64,000 nt of DNA from the NCBI GenBank assembly GCA_964252035.1, contig OZ176203.1; one strand, written 5' to 3'. Numbering within the stretch: the first letter of the stretch is position 1; each line of letters begins with the position of its first letter. Below are positions 44,616 through 56,619 of the stretch, in pieces. The notes beneath the pieces are model-generated. The model was not told the DNA's origin and made no database searches. It saw only the letters and a list, made by a program, of their open reading frames with translations. The position numbers were made by a program, and so were the translations under genes. Source of the stretch: Podarcis erhardii. Taxonomy: Eukaryota.

Positions 44616-45591
44616 CCGGGGGGGGGGGGGGCGAGCCACGACTATTTGAAGAGGTTTCTTAGTGCATTAAAGGTCTAGTGTGAATGTGGCTCTCTGGGAT
44701 GTAAAAACTGGTATAGCTACTATCCATTTCTCACAACATTGTTCATAATTCATTGTTTGGCTGCTGTAGACAAATTGCCCACCACATTGCCATTCACTCC
44801 TGCTGAGAATTGCCTGTAGCTGAATTTAGGAGATGTACCTTTCTTACTTAAGCCTAAGTTAAGAATGCATGATTCCAGTTCCCCGTGGACAGAGGCAGCA
44901 AAGACCAGAAAAAGAAGCGGATTTCCTAGGGCTTTCTAATCATTACTGCCACAAACCTGCCTGACACATATACACACTATGCTTTTGCACTGTGCCAACT
45001 AAATGTAATGCTACTGCCATGAATTTAAAACCTTAGTTTTTTTGTGTTGTACTCATACGGCTATAAGGCCACAATGTGGTTAAAACTGAGAAGTCTTTGG
45101 GGATGATGCTTGTGGATTTCATTAAAGTCCCTCTTACCTATCATCTCATAACTTGAGCATGGTTTTTGCCTTTTTTTCCTTGTGCTCACTTCTGCCCATT
45201 CAAAGGAGAGAATCAGATGATTGGTTATGTTACCATAATTTGTACATAGGTTCTCAGCCTCATTGGTTTCTTACCGTTACTTTTAAGAAAGGTTCTGTTT
45301 AGAAGTCTGCAAACTTTTTACACAATTTCATAAACATAGAAAAGAAACAACAACACAGGGCATGAAGGAGGTTGGCTGTGCAGTACAAAAAAGAAGAGGC
45401 TTAAAACAATGACTTGGTGGAAAATCACTCATTTCCAAAATTCAATTACAAACCAAAATGGCTATTAATACTTGGAAATACTTGGAAATCACAGTCCTTC
45501 GTATGAAAACTAACTGTCAAAGTGACTAAATCCATCCTTTGTTGCTTCACTGCCACAACCAAAATATCAACCACCTGGGCTCTAACAGGAT

Positions 45592-45660
45592 ATAGAATCA
45601 CAGAATTGGAGAGTTGGAAGGGACCCTGAGGGAAATCTAGTCCAACCCCCTGCAATGCGG
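45592..45660 (-). mobile_element. CR1 LINE 3' terminal stub
   Basis: atagaatcacagaattggagagttggaagggaccctgagggaaatctagtccaaccccctgca: reverse complement of the CR1 3' end with its (ATTCTRTG) repeats. Confidence 0.85.
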
Positions 45661-46082
45661 GAACATATGGATGATAAACCATTATTTTTCTTGGCCTGCT
45701 TTGCAAGGCGAACATGCTGTAGAAAACCAACACAAAGCTCTTTGTAATGGAGAAAGCAACAAACTAGGACTTGACACTGTGTCCTGTTATGAGGAGCAAC
45801 CTATGAACTAGGGTCTTGATTAAACAAGCACACTCCTTATCCTGAGGAGAGCTGTGCAAACTATTAGCCTGAACAGACTGAATGCCTTTTGTTAGCTTCA
45901 GGCAGAACTCACTGGCCACAACTTGAAAGCTAGAGAAATGTTCATTAAATTGAACAAAAGGACAAGACAATCCAGAGGATTGGGAGGGGGGAGAGTAGAT
46001 GACAGAAGATTCCACTTTGAAGCTGAAAGATTTGCATTCTTGGTGGTTGTTAAAAACTATTTATGTTCAGGCAGAAACTTAC

Positions 46083-46250
46083 ATGCTGACAGTACTGCAA
46101 AATCCCTTCTTTTGTCGCAATGCAGCTCTTGGTTCCAGAAGGGTCAGATTCCCATTTTCCGTTCTGAACATTCATATGCATATTCAGCTTGCCACAGAAC
46201 ATGGCCACTTGGGGCTCCGCCAACAGGCCAGCATTTCCATCAGTAGGCAC
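46083..46250 (-). CDS. APP: APP exon 2 (growth-factor-like domain, N-terminal half)
   Basis: ttttctgttctag|GTG CCT ACT GAT GGA... = [56 protein letters not shown]|gtaagt. 168 bp; phase 0/0. VPTDGNAG is APP-specific rather than APLP1/2. Confidence 0.98.
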
Positions 46251-46298
46251 CTAGAACAGAAAATGCAGACAGTATTACTTCATTATTGAAACCACAAC

Positions 46299-46537
46299 AA
46301 GAGTTTGGATTTGGATTTGATATCCCGCCTTTCAAGGAGTCTCAAAGCGGCTAACATTCTCCTTTCCCTTCCTCCCCCACAACAAACACTCTGTGAGGTG
46401 AGTGGGGCTGAGAGACTTCAAAGAAGTGTGACTGGCCCAAGGTCACCCAGCAGCTGCATGTGGAGGAGCGGAGACGCGAACCCGGTTCCTCAGATTACGA
46501 GACTACCGCTCTTAACCACTACACCACACTGGCTCTC
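46299..46537 (-). mobile_element. tRNA-derived SINE, Squam3-like, full length
   Basis: Same family as 34514; GAGAGCCAGTGTGGTGTAGTGGTTAAGAGC head at 46537, (ATCCAA)n tail at about 46300-46320; possible short TSD CAACAA. Confidence 0.9.
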
Positions 46538-46560
46538 AACAACCTAAAGTAACAAACCTC

Positions 46561-46564
46561 TGTG

Positions 46565-46596
<32 letters not shown>

Positions 46597-46604
46597 TGTG
46601 CACA
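46561..46604. repeat. (TG)n(TGCG)n alternating purine-pyrimidine repeat
   Basis: Direct reading. Confidence 0.95.
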
Positions 46605-47335
46605 GACATGCACACTTAAGAGCACCTGCAAAAGTTCAAAAAGCGTAAAACAAATAATCACTTCTCACATTAGGGCTGGCAAAGCATGCATTTCAGATTT
46701 ACTCAGCTTGGGCTACAGCTGTTGTCAACAGGCCTTTTGTGACATGGCAACTAGAGAAAGCATAGATCTGGCTGTGCACCCACCCACGCATATGCATATG
46801 GCAGTCACCCAGAGATTTCAGGAGACAAACAACTGACTCTGGTGTCATAGGGAGAAACACAAAAAGAGCACCTGGGAAGGCGCCATCAGTATCTTAGCAG
46901 TTACAATACTATAGGGAAGGGCCTATAGCCAGTTGTTTCCTAGCCAAAAGACAGTATTACTCCTCTCCAAGAGCCATTTGTCATGCTGGCTGACACTGAG
47001 TAAAAACTTACCTGTGCCTTCACATAGCAATTGGAGATGCCCCCTCTTTTTTACCGGGAACTCCCAAATGCACAGATAGTTTTTTTCCAGATACAGCAGC
47101 TAATGTTTTGGCCTGCACTTTGAAACCAAAGTGTAGGTAGAATACGCTGAATATGCAAAAGCATCTTGGAAGCCTAGGAGCTTAGTGACCTTGAAATGTA
47201 CTGCTAGCAGAATTTGTGCTCATTATTCAGGGTTGGAAAGGAAAAACTCACAGGCTTTCAGCATCTGAACACATCTGAATGTTTTCTCAAATGCAATGCA
47301 ATACATGTTCTACAACCTTCATATATTTGGCATGA

Positions 47336-47532
47336 AGGGAAGAGCCATAGCTCAGTGGTAGAGCATTTGCTTTGGGAATCAAAGGTTTTTCCATCCCCAG
47401 CATCTCCAGGTTGGGGCTGAGGATGTCCTGTATCAGAAGCCCAGGAAAGTCACTTCCAGTCAGTGAAGATAATACTGAGCTAGATAGCGCAAACTCATCT
47501 GACTCGGCATAAAGTCACTGCTGCTGTTTCTA
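47336..47532 (+). mobile_element. tRNA-derived SINE, Squam2-like, diverged
   Basis: tRNA-like head gagccatagctcagtggtagagca; body ...ccagtcagtgaagataatactgagctagat...ctgactcggcataaag. A second head fragment follows at about 47535-47610. Confidence 0.7.
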
Positions 47533-49629
47533 TGAACATGCATGTAGAAGGTCTCAAGTTCAGTTCCTGGCATCTCCAATTAAAAATCTCAGGTAGCAGG
47601 AAAGGAGTTCTTTCTTATATTTTGGGTGCACCACTGACAGCAAAGAGTGAAAAAAAACAGAATACAGGCCCAGGTATACCACTGCACAACTTCAAGTACA
47701 GCTGTCTGCACAGCTATTGTCACATGTGAGCAGTTACAATCACAACAGCATTCCTCCTTCAGAAGTCAGGAAGGAATAAAAATGCTTCAAAGTCCATGAA
47801 AATCTGATGGGATCAGTTTGGGATGTGAACAGGAAACATGTGCTTCCAACTTTCCATAGTCGCAATTTTTTACACACTTGACTTATGCTGTGTCTGTGCA
47901 TGAGCAGAATTTACTTATGATTGTGCAATAGGCCTTGACCTCCTTCTCCTTCTCCCCTCTTCTTCCAGCAGTCCCCTACACACCTTCAAAATCACCCACC
48001 CCACATCCTCTGCAGAGACTCTGAAGGTGTGCAAGGAGAAGAGCAGCAAGGTCAATTTAGTTCACCCACTAGTTATAACTTTTAACACTCACTTTGCTAG
48101 GACAGGCTTACATATTATCTGATGGTACAGATCACTTTGTTTACATTTTCATCTCTAAAAAAACACATTCATTCCACCTAACCCCACGTTTCCATATATC
48201 TTACATTTTTTTGAATGAATCGGTTCAGGTGGCTCAGACAACATTCACTCAGATTATTAAAACTGGTCACATCTTCAAAGGCTCTTAGAATGCAGCATCT
48301 GCTTTCAGGTGCCTTAAAAGGAGCTGCCATCTGACACAAAGGCTTTTGGTAACTTAATATTAATCCTCTTCAAAAATCAAATTAGCCTCAAGATGCTTAG
48401 TGAGCAACAATAAAGCCATGTAACAGTAGATTCATTTGCTTGAAGTGACAGATACGTGAAACCACAATGATTCTGACTGCAACTGGCATAAATACAATGG
48501 AAACATGTGTTATACATCAGTGTGTCAAAGAATATCCATTTCCAGGAGAAAGCGAGGATGTCTCATGGAAGATGTTCCATGTAACTTTAGAGAAAACATC
48601 TGAATATGTTACAAGACTAAAAGAATAGTCACGTGAATGAGTTTAGCATATAAAGGCAAAAACATGCAGCATCCTGGGCAACTTAAGACAGTTTTCCCAG
48701 ACAAGGGCTGGATGGAACAACTGTCATATCATAGTCCAAAATCCACATACCCAAAACCGCATTAGGTTTTCAACAGCCTTGCCAATTTTTAATCAAGGGC
48801 TGGTGAAAAGATTGCACTCAGAAATATGCTACCATAAGGAAAGAATAAAATTTGGAGGTCTCTTATAAACCAAGAGAATGCCTACCAAATAAGCACACGT
48901 CACGGTAAACCACAAGCAACAGTGTACCCATAAACACACAGTGTACAATAAACACATACGCACCACAAACTCAGCTCTATTTATATCACACTTAGCACAA
49001 CTTGGATGTGACATGCATGTGATAAAACTGTTCTAGTTTATTTTGTCAGTTCATCAGAAGGGATGACATTTGGGAGTCCTTTGAAGGTAGTAACCAATGT
49101 ATTTTCTTCAACATCACACAGAAATGCTGAATGACAATGTGCTGCCTGATGCCCTAAATTCGTTAGAACAGAAATGTTACGCTGACATCTGCTACCAACA
49201 GCTGTAAATAAAGGAAATTCATTAGCTGCCTGTCCAATACACAAGAGCCGTATAAGAAAACATATCAACTGTGGAAGTTATACATCTATATTAATCATGA
49301 TTATGATCTAAACTTTTCTTACTGTTTAAAGTGTCCCTTAATTGCATCCACAACTCCATATGACAAGAAACATTAAACTGTCTTCAACAAATAAGTAATG
49401 TGGAATACTAAATATGCTGAAGGCTTAATTAGCAAACGCCTGTCAACTCCAGTGCTATGAAGAAGTCTCAGTGTGCTCATGACTTGTCTTAATAATTCAA
49501 TAAACCAGGGAGTGGAAAGAAAATATGATATTGCCATGATTATGGATGATGGACTATTTAATAACTAAGTCAATGACTAAATCTTTAGTGGCTAATAGCC
49601 CAATTTACTCAGAAGTAAATTGAGATTAA

Positions 49630-49996
49630 GGGATGCAGGTGGCGCTGTGGGTAAAACCTCAGTGCCTAGGACCTGCCGATCATATGGTCGGTGGTTCAAA
49701 TCCCTGCAGCGGGGTGAGCTCCCGTCTTCGGTCCCAGCTCCTGCCGACCTAGCAGCTCGAAAGCACAATTAAGTGAAAGTAGATAAATAGGTACCGCTTT
49801 ATAGCGGGAAGGTAAATGGCGTTTCTGTGTGCTGCGCTGGTGCCGGCTCGCCAGAGCAGCTTTGTCACGCTGGCCACGTGACCCGGAAGTGTCTCCGGAC
49901 AGCGCTGGCCCCCGGCCTCTTAAGTGAGATGGGCGCACAACCCTAGAGTCGGACACGACTGGCCCGTGCGGGCAGGGGTACCTTTACCTTTACCTT
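49630..49996 (+). mobile_element. Sauria SINE, full length
   Basis: tRNA head GGGATGCAGGTGGCGCTGTGG; BovB-like GAGTCGGACACGACTGG segment; (ACCTTT)n tail; 12-bp TSD TAAATTGAGATT (49616-49627, 49997-50008). Confidence 0.93.
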
Positions 49997-50590
49997 TAAA
50001 TTGAGATTTGCTGCTGGGGGAACATGCATAAAAGTGCAGCATAACTGTACAATGCTTTACATGTCTACTCAGTAGTAACTGCCACTGAATTCAATAGTAT
50101 TTATTCCAAGTGGTATACGACTGCCGTCTAAATAATCTAAGCACTGATTTTCTCATATGGATTCCACTTAGCTTCTCCCCCAGCACGAAGATTCCTGACT
50201 CAGCCTGACATCTGAACTGGACATCATGGGTTATTGCCCTCCAAACAAACCACAATGCAAAGCCAAGGTTTATTGTTGGCTTCCCAATCTTGGGTTAGCT
50301 TGGAGTGAAACTAACCACAAGGCACAGTTAGACAGAATGCTAAGCCAGGGATTGTTGCTCTCACTAGAGCAGAAAAGCTGGAGAGATCTCAACATTTGCA
50401 GGGAAGCATTAACAATGGTTTACCATGATGTGTGCAGTCAAAACTGTCTACCCAACCTCCTCCCTCTGCTCTTGTGCTGATTATCCCAAAAGAGTTACTG
50501 TATATAAATTAGATGAACATCGGAGCTAAAGAGAGCTGTTCTAATTTATGACTAAGAGTAAGATATGCATATAGATATGGATAGAGATAA

Positions 50591-50765
50591 GGGACGCGGG
50601 TGGCGCTGTGGTCTAAACCACTGAGCCTAGGGCTTGCCGCTCAGAAGGTCGGCGGTTCGAATCCCCGCAACGGGGTGAGCTCCCGTTGCTCGGCCCTGCT
50701 CCTGCCAACCTAGCAGTTCGAAAACACGTCAAAGTGCAAGTAGATAAATAGGTACCACTCTGGCG
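50591..50765 (+). mobile_element. Sauria SINE, 5' half
   Basis: GGGACGCGGGTGGCGCTGTGGTCTAAACC...GTAGATAAATAGGTACCACTCTGGCG, then unrelated sequence. Confidence 0.9.
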
Positions 50766-51491
50766 ATATTTCAGGAGCTTGTTCACTCATAGGACAGAGG
50801 ATGGCCCAGTGGAAAAACTCACCTTCACATATTGTTAGTCTCACCCTTACTGTGCAAGGTTGCCAAGTTAATCATTCCAACACAGGCTGTAGACATTCAC
50901 CTCTAATAAAAGTTTATACAGACTCAGATCTTATTTATTTAGCGGAGAATCAATTTGCACTCTGCCTGCTGCATACAATATGCAGCATTACCTTAAATGG
51001 GATTAATCATGGATCACTTAATATAGCCCTGTTAAATTTAACAGGACTACCACAGTGTTGAGCGGTCACCTGACCCTTGAGAATTAAAGAAGCGGAAAAG
51101 CGAAGAACCTTTGGGAAAAGTTAGTCAAGGTGAAACATTTTACTCCTGAAAACCCTAAAACACTTGATGTCCAAATGCTGACAGCAATGTAAAAGGGAAG
51201 GAATCCTTGAAAAGGTCAGCTGATTCTTGCAACAAGGATAGGAGGTGCTACTTCTGAGTTTTCCCCAAAGCACCAAAAGAGGCGCTAAAGAAGCTCCATT
51301 GGTTACCATTGTGGGTGATTTAGGTTATATTTAATATGTGGTTCTCAGATAACTAAACATTTCTGTGGGGTGTCCTCTCCTCTCTCCGACAGTTCAAATC
51401 TGTCACCCCAAAACACTCCAAGCTTGGAAACCTGTGTCTTACCTGAAAATCAGTTAAAAGGGTCACTAGACAAACACAGCATATAGCAGTC

Positions 51492-51628
51492 ACAGAAACA
51501 TAGAAAGCCCCCTTATACAAAGGCAGACCACCAGTTTACACACTGACTAGCAGCTACTCTCCAGGATTTCAGACCAGAGTTCTCTCCCAGCCCTACCTGG
51601 AGATGTTAGGGATTGACCCTGTGACCTT
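51492..51628 (-). mobile_element. Squam2-like SINE fragment
   Basis: Reverse complement resembles the 47336 SINE body (ccagccctacctggagatg...gggattgacc). Confidence 0.6.
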
Positions 51629-52379
51629 ATGAATCATCCTACTTACCACTTTGTTTGCACCTAGTTCATTCTGGATCCCAGTGTCCCCAAAATAAGAGTT
51701 CTGAAGCAAAGTTCCTCAGAAGAATATTTGTGACCTTCCACATGTTGCTGGATTACACCTTCCATAATCCCCCGCCACTCATCATGCTGTTTGGTGCTGA
51801 TGGAAGCTGGAGTCCAACAGCATCTGAAGGGTCACAGGTTCCCCCTTCCCTGCAGTAGGTACCTGAAGCTTTCTCATGCGGTCAACCTGTCTTCTGATAC
51901 TGAGCATGGCCACGCCCTCCACTTTCAAGCACCCACAGAGAGATGCAAATGGGTGATTACTTCCTCCCTGTGTGGCAACCCAGGCTATGCAGTATGTCTA
52001 TAAAAGAATCTATCAAGCATTGCCAAATGTTTAGGGGAAGTGGGTTTATTCAGGTATCTCCAAGTTTTAGAGCCTCTAGTTTAATTCAGAGCCAGGCGGT
52101 TGGGAGGAAGAAACAGCAGCAGTAACAACCAGGGGTGTGGGTTTTTTGGTTGTTGTTTTTTTAAAAAGTAGGGCATGGGCTTATGGTGGCAGTGGTGAAA
52201 CAGGAAGTTTGCAAATGGTAAACCATTTGGTTGAAAGCCACAGAATTATGTCATGCAACTTTAAATAAACACGGATGCAATTTTATGCATATTCTGGGGC
52301 TTGCTGAAGCCTCAGAATTGTTTGGTTCCATGCAAGTAATCCCTCAGCATGTGTCATCCATCACTTCTAAAGATAACTT

Positions 52380-52800
52380 TCTTTAACCAAGAAACTTTAC
52401 ACATCTCTGAATCATCAGAAGTACTACCACGTGGATTACAAGACTAAGTATCCCCACAAATTCCCACAATTGAAGACTGGCTAGGGAAAAAATATGGGAT
52501 GCTACATTGTTAATCCAGCTAACTTGTTTTTCTAGCAGCTGATCAAGAAAAACAGACAGATCCATTGAAAATGTGTGTTTATTAATTAGTAGAACGCATC
52601 TCAATATAAAAATCAAGCCTTAATGTGTGTTTTTCTTTGCTGCAATATTAGTTTAGGGTTTTATTAGTTATATCAAATACATCATACTTGCAGTTTTTAT
52701 TAGATCTTATATTCTGTTTGTAAATACTTCTAGCTTGTTATGTTTCCTATGAGTGTAAATTTCTCTTTTTATAATAAAAAGCTGTTTTAAAAAATGACTA
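52380..52800 (+). mobile_element. Degraded L1-clade 3' fragment
   Basis: QIPTIEDWLGK..WD motif (about 52457-52500) similar to the L1 piece at 14028, followed by a T-rich UTR and AATAAA near 52772. Boundaries approximate. Confidence 0.5.
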
Positions 52801-53656
52801 GATAGTGTGTATCTTGTTTAATTGCAAAGGGCTTATGCCCCGCTAACTCCACTCTCACCAACCTGTCAATCCCTCCATATTAAACCCCTCTCCCAAGCTT
52901 CCCACCCCCTATATCCTTTATCTCTGTCACATATTATTTCTTACATGTGAGGAAGCTGAGGAGCAGAAAAGAGGGGGACTTACTTTGCCTCTTCCTTGCA
53001 TTATCTACAGACCAGCTTACAATTTCCTGAACCACCAATACTTAACCTAAACTAAAAATGCCACTGTCCGTTCTTTTATTCTGCTTATCAGAGAGCCTTG
53101 AAGAGGTTTTCCTGCAAAGCCATTTGATAAAACCAAGCACACAACAGAATTAATTTGCATGTCTGTCCTATTATAAGAAACAGTCACACTCACACCTTGG
53201 AATAGCACTCACTTAGGGCAAATCCAATATGTATTAGTGTAGGATGTGGGACAAGGTTTAAAAACACATCTTAACAAACTTGAAAATATTATGTGAAAAA
53301 CAGTTGCTTTATGTTTCGACCCCCTAACTAGTAAGATTTGAAGATGTGCAATTGCTACAAATAAAAGGTATGCCCCATGCCCAGAGAGATGCAGTTCAGT
53401 TGTGTCAATGGATGAACCAAAGGATGCCAAGCAACCTGTCAACTTTAAAGGAGGACACAGGCAGGGTAAGGAGCAAAAGGTTGAATCAATTAAATAAGTG
53501 TCTGCTTACTTTCTTTGCTGCCTCGCCACGGAGCGCAACCCGAAAGCGCTCCACCTGAAGCGTATTTATCCCGACGTATGACTGTATCAGCACTAGCCCT
53601 AAAAAGATCCAACTGGCAAATCAAATTTCCTCCAACAAATTCACTGCAAGCTGTAA

Positions 53657-55550
53657 TAATAATAATAATAATAATAATTTATTATTTGTACCCCGCCCAT
53701 CTGGCTGGGTTTCCCCAGCCACTCTGGGCGGCTTCCATAAAAACCAGAAATACATTAAAATATCACAGATTAAAAACTTCCCTGAACAGGGCTGCCTTAA
53801 GATGTCTTCTGAATGTCAGGTAGTTATTTATCGCTTTGACATCTGATGGGAGGACGTTCCACAAGGCGGGTGCCACTACCGAGAAGGCCCTCTGCCTGGT
53901 TCCCTGTAGCTTTGCTTCTCGTAATGAGGGAACCGCCAGAAGGCCCTCGGCGCTGGACCTCAGCGTCCGGGCAGAACGATGGGGGTGGAGACGCTCCTTC
54001 AGGTATATTGGGCTGAGGCCGTTTAGGGCTTTAAAGGTCAACACCAGCACTTTGAATTGTGCTCGGAAACGTACTGGGAGCCAATGTAGGTCTTTCAAGA
54101 CCGGTGTTATGTGGTCTCGGCGGCTGCCCCCAGTCACCAGTCTAGCTGCCGCATTCTGGATTAGTTGTAGTTTCCAAGTCACCTTCAAAGGTAGCCCCAC
54201 GTAGAGCGCATTGCAGTAGTCCAAGCGGGAGATAACTAGAGCATGCACCACTCTGGCGAGACAGTCCGCGGGCAGGTAGGGTCTCAGCCTGCGTACCAGG
54301 TGGAGTTGGTAGACAGCTGCCCTGGATACAGAATTGACCTGCGCCTCCATGGACAGCTGTGAGTCCAAAATGACTCCCAGGCTGCGCACCTGGTCCTTCA
54401 GGGGCACAGTTACCCCATTCAGGATCAGGGAGTCCTCCACACCAGCCCGCCCCCTGTCCCCCAAAAACAGTACTTCTGTCTTGTCAGGATTCAACCTCAA
54501 TCCATTAGCCGCCATCCATCCTCCAACCGCCTCCAGGCACTCACACAGGACCTTCACCGCCTTCACTGGTTCTGATTTGAAAGAGAGGTAGAACTGGGTA
54601 TCATCTGCATATTGATGGACACCCAGTCCAAACCCCCTGATGATCTCTCCCAGCGGCTTCATATAGATGTTAAAAAGCATGGGGGAGAGGACGGAGCCCT
54701 GAGGCACCCCACAAGTGAGGGCCCAGGGGTCTGAACACTCATCCCCCACCACCACTTTCTGAACACGGCCCAGGAGGAAGGAGCGAAACCACTGTATAAC
54801 AGTGCCCCCAGCTCCCAGCCCCTCTAGACGGTCCAGAAGGATGTTATGGTCGATTGTATCAAAGGCCGCTGAGAGATCCAGCAGAACTAGGAAACAGCTC
54901 TCACCTTTGTCCCTAGCTCGCCGGAGATCATCAACCAGCGCGACCAAGGCAGTTTCAGTCCCATGATGAGGCCTGAATCCCGATTGGAAGGGATCCAAAT
55001 GGTCCGCATCCTCCAGGCGTGCCTGGAGTTGTTCAGCAACCACGCGCTCAATCACCTTGCCCAAGAATGGAAGATTTGAGACTGGGCGATAGTTGGCCAT
55101 ACTGGCCGGGTCTAAAGATGGTTTTTTAAGAAGCGGTTTGATGACCGCCTCTTTCAGCGGATCTGGGAATGCTCCCTCACAGAGAGAAGCATTCACCACC
55201 CCGCAGAGCCCATCGCCCAGCCCTTCCCGGCTTGCTTTTATTAGCCAGGATGGGCAAGGATCCAGGAGACAGGTGGTTGGTTTCACGCGTCCAAGCAGCC
55301 TGTCCACATCCTCGGGGGTAATGGATTGAAATCGATTCCATGCAACTTGACCAGACAGAGCTCTAGCACTCTCCCGCCCCAGCCCTGCTCCCACGGTGGT
55401 GTCTAGCTCCTTCCGAATATGAGTGATTTTATCTGCAAAAAACTTTGCAAAATCGTTGCAGGAGATCTTGGGGTCTTTACAAAGCCCCGGTGGTAAAGGT
55501 GGTTCCGTTAAATTACGAACCACCTGAAAAAGTCTCCTGCTACTATTTTC
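53657..55550 (-). mobile_element. L2-clade LINE, 5'-truncated, young
   Basis: (ATT)n 3' tail at 53654-53678, 3' hairpin, stop-free RT frame to about 55550; candidate TSD CTGTAA (53651-53656, 55551-55556). Confidence 0.95.
53763..55550 (-). CDS. L2 ORF2 reverse transcriptase, N-terminally truncated (no endonuclease domain)
   Basis: NYRPVSNLPFLGKVIERVV, QSGFRPHHGTETAL, LLDLSAAFDTIDH, GVPQGSVLSPMLFNIY, YADDTQFY, LNPDKTEVL: non-LTR RT motifs of the CR1/L2 group. The frame continues upstream of the track start to about ENSSRRLFQVVRNL. Confidence 0.93.
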   Translation of the reverse strand, partial: ENSSRRLFQVVRNLTEPPLPPGLCKDPKISCNDFAKFFADKITHIRKELDTTVGAGLGRESARALSGQVAWNRFQSITPEDVDRLLGRVKPTTCLLDPCPSWLIKASREGLGDGLCGVVNASLCEGAFPDPLKEAVIKPLLKKPSLDPASMANYRPVSNLPFLGKVIERVVAEQLQARLEDADHLDPFQSGFRPHHGTETALVALVDDLRRARDKGESCFLVLLDLSAAFDTIDHNILLDRLEGLGAGGTVIQWFRSFLLGRVQKVVVGDECSDPWALTCGVPQGSVLSPMLFNIYMKPLGEIIRGFGLGVHQYADDTQFYLSFKSEPVKAVKVLCECLEAVGGWMAANGLRLNPDKTEVLFLGDRGRAGVEDSLILNGVTVPLKDQVRSLGVILDSQLSMEAQVNSVSRAAVYQLHLVRRLRPYLPADCLARVVHALVISRLDYCNALYVGLPLKVTWKLQLIQNAAARLVTGGSRRDHITPVLKDLHWLPVRFRAQFKVLVLTFKALNGLSPIYLKERLHPHRSARTLRSSAEGLLAVPSLREAKLQGTRQRAFSVVAPALWNVLPSDVKAINNYLTFRRHLKAALFREVFNL

Positions 55551-56393
55551 CTGTAAATCCCAGGGATTTCAAAAGAACTTGCCACAACACAGTGAACTTC
55601 AAATTAGCAAACAAAGCACTCCAGATGCCCTTATGTCAATCGTTTCAACCCAAATACGCCCATTTAAAAATGCATTCCAAATCACACCATGCTGTTTCTA
55701 TCCACAAAATAATTGTCATCTGATGTACATCTTGACTACCTCAAACCAGCTGAAGCAAGGTGTAAAGCCCACAGGAACTGAATATGACCGTACCTCAGAA
55801 AGCTACAGAGTTAGCATATATAAAAGGAAACCACCAAAAAAAGCTTGCATGGCAACCCACCTACCCGAAAGAAATAAAAACCCAACCAAGAGGGACAATG
55901 ACTCTTTGAAGAAAGGCAAAATCATGCATTGGTGGGGTAGGCGAGGCAGATCATTTTCATCTTCACTGCACCAGGTGATCTTTTGTTTGTTCCCATTAAG
56001 AGAAAGTTATTGTCTGCTAAGAATTCTTTTCTTCAACAGAAAAGAGTCAAAATTATAGGGCTGCACCTGTATAGCTCAGCAAACAACCCTCTTCTACCTG
56101 AAAAAAGCTACTGTGGGGGTTACAAACTCCACAATTATACGTTGTCTCTCCCAGAGATCACAGCAACCTGCTTTTTTCTATCAAGCGCAATCCTTTATTT
56201 CTATTAACCAAGTGGCTGAGGCTCAAGGCAGGGGGCATTGTGAGTTTGGCAAGAATGCATGCAAGACTCAATTGTTCAATTGTGCAATGTTTATTAGGAA
56301 TAAAGAAGGCAAGGAAGAAAACAAAGGGACAAAGCAGAATATTGAAAATAAAAGGGGCTCTTTAGCTCAAGTCTTTGTATCCTGATCTTACTA

Positions 56394-56619
56394 CAGTGGT
56401 ACCTAGGGTTAAGTACTTAATTCATTCCGGAGGTCCGTTCTTAACCTGAAACTGTTCTTAACCTGAAGCACCACTTTAGCTAATGGGGCCTCCTGCTGCC
56501 ACCGCACAGTCGGAGCACAATTTCTTTTCTCATCCTGAAGCACAGTTCTTAATCCAAAGTAATATTTCTGGGTTAGCGGAGTCTGTAACCTGAAGCGTAT
56601 GTAACCCAAGGTACCACTG
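56394..56619. mobile_element. Tigger-like Tc1/mariner MITE
   Basis: TA|CAGTGGTACCTAGGGTTAAG ... GTAACCCAAGGTACCACTG|TA. Confidence 0.92.

Noticed and set aside
46083-46250. Assignment to APLP2 or APLP1, or to a processed pseudogene
   Set aside because: [24 protein letters not shown] and [10 protein letters not shown] are APP-type; four exons have intact splice sites, consistent phases and long introns.
45923-46289. Plus-strand ORFs of 107 and 96 aa, and the minus-strand 66-aa ORF as a stand-alone gene
   Set aside because: The plus-strand ORFs are shadows of APP exon 2; the minus-strand ORF is exon 2 itself read from GTG and running into the intron.
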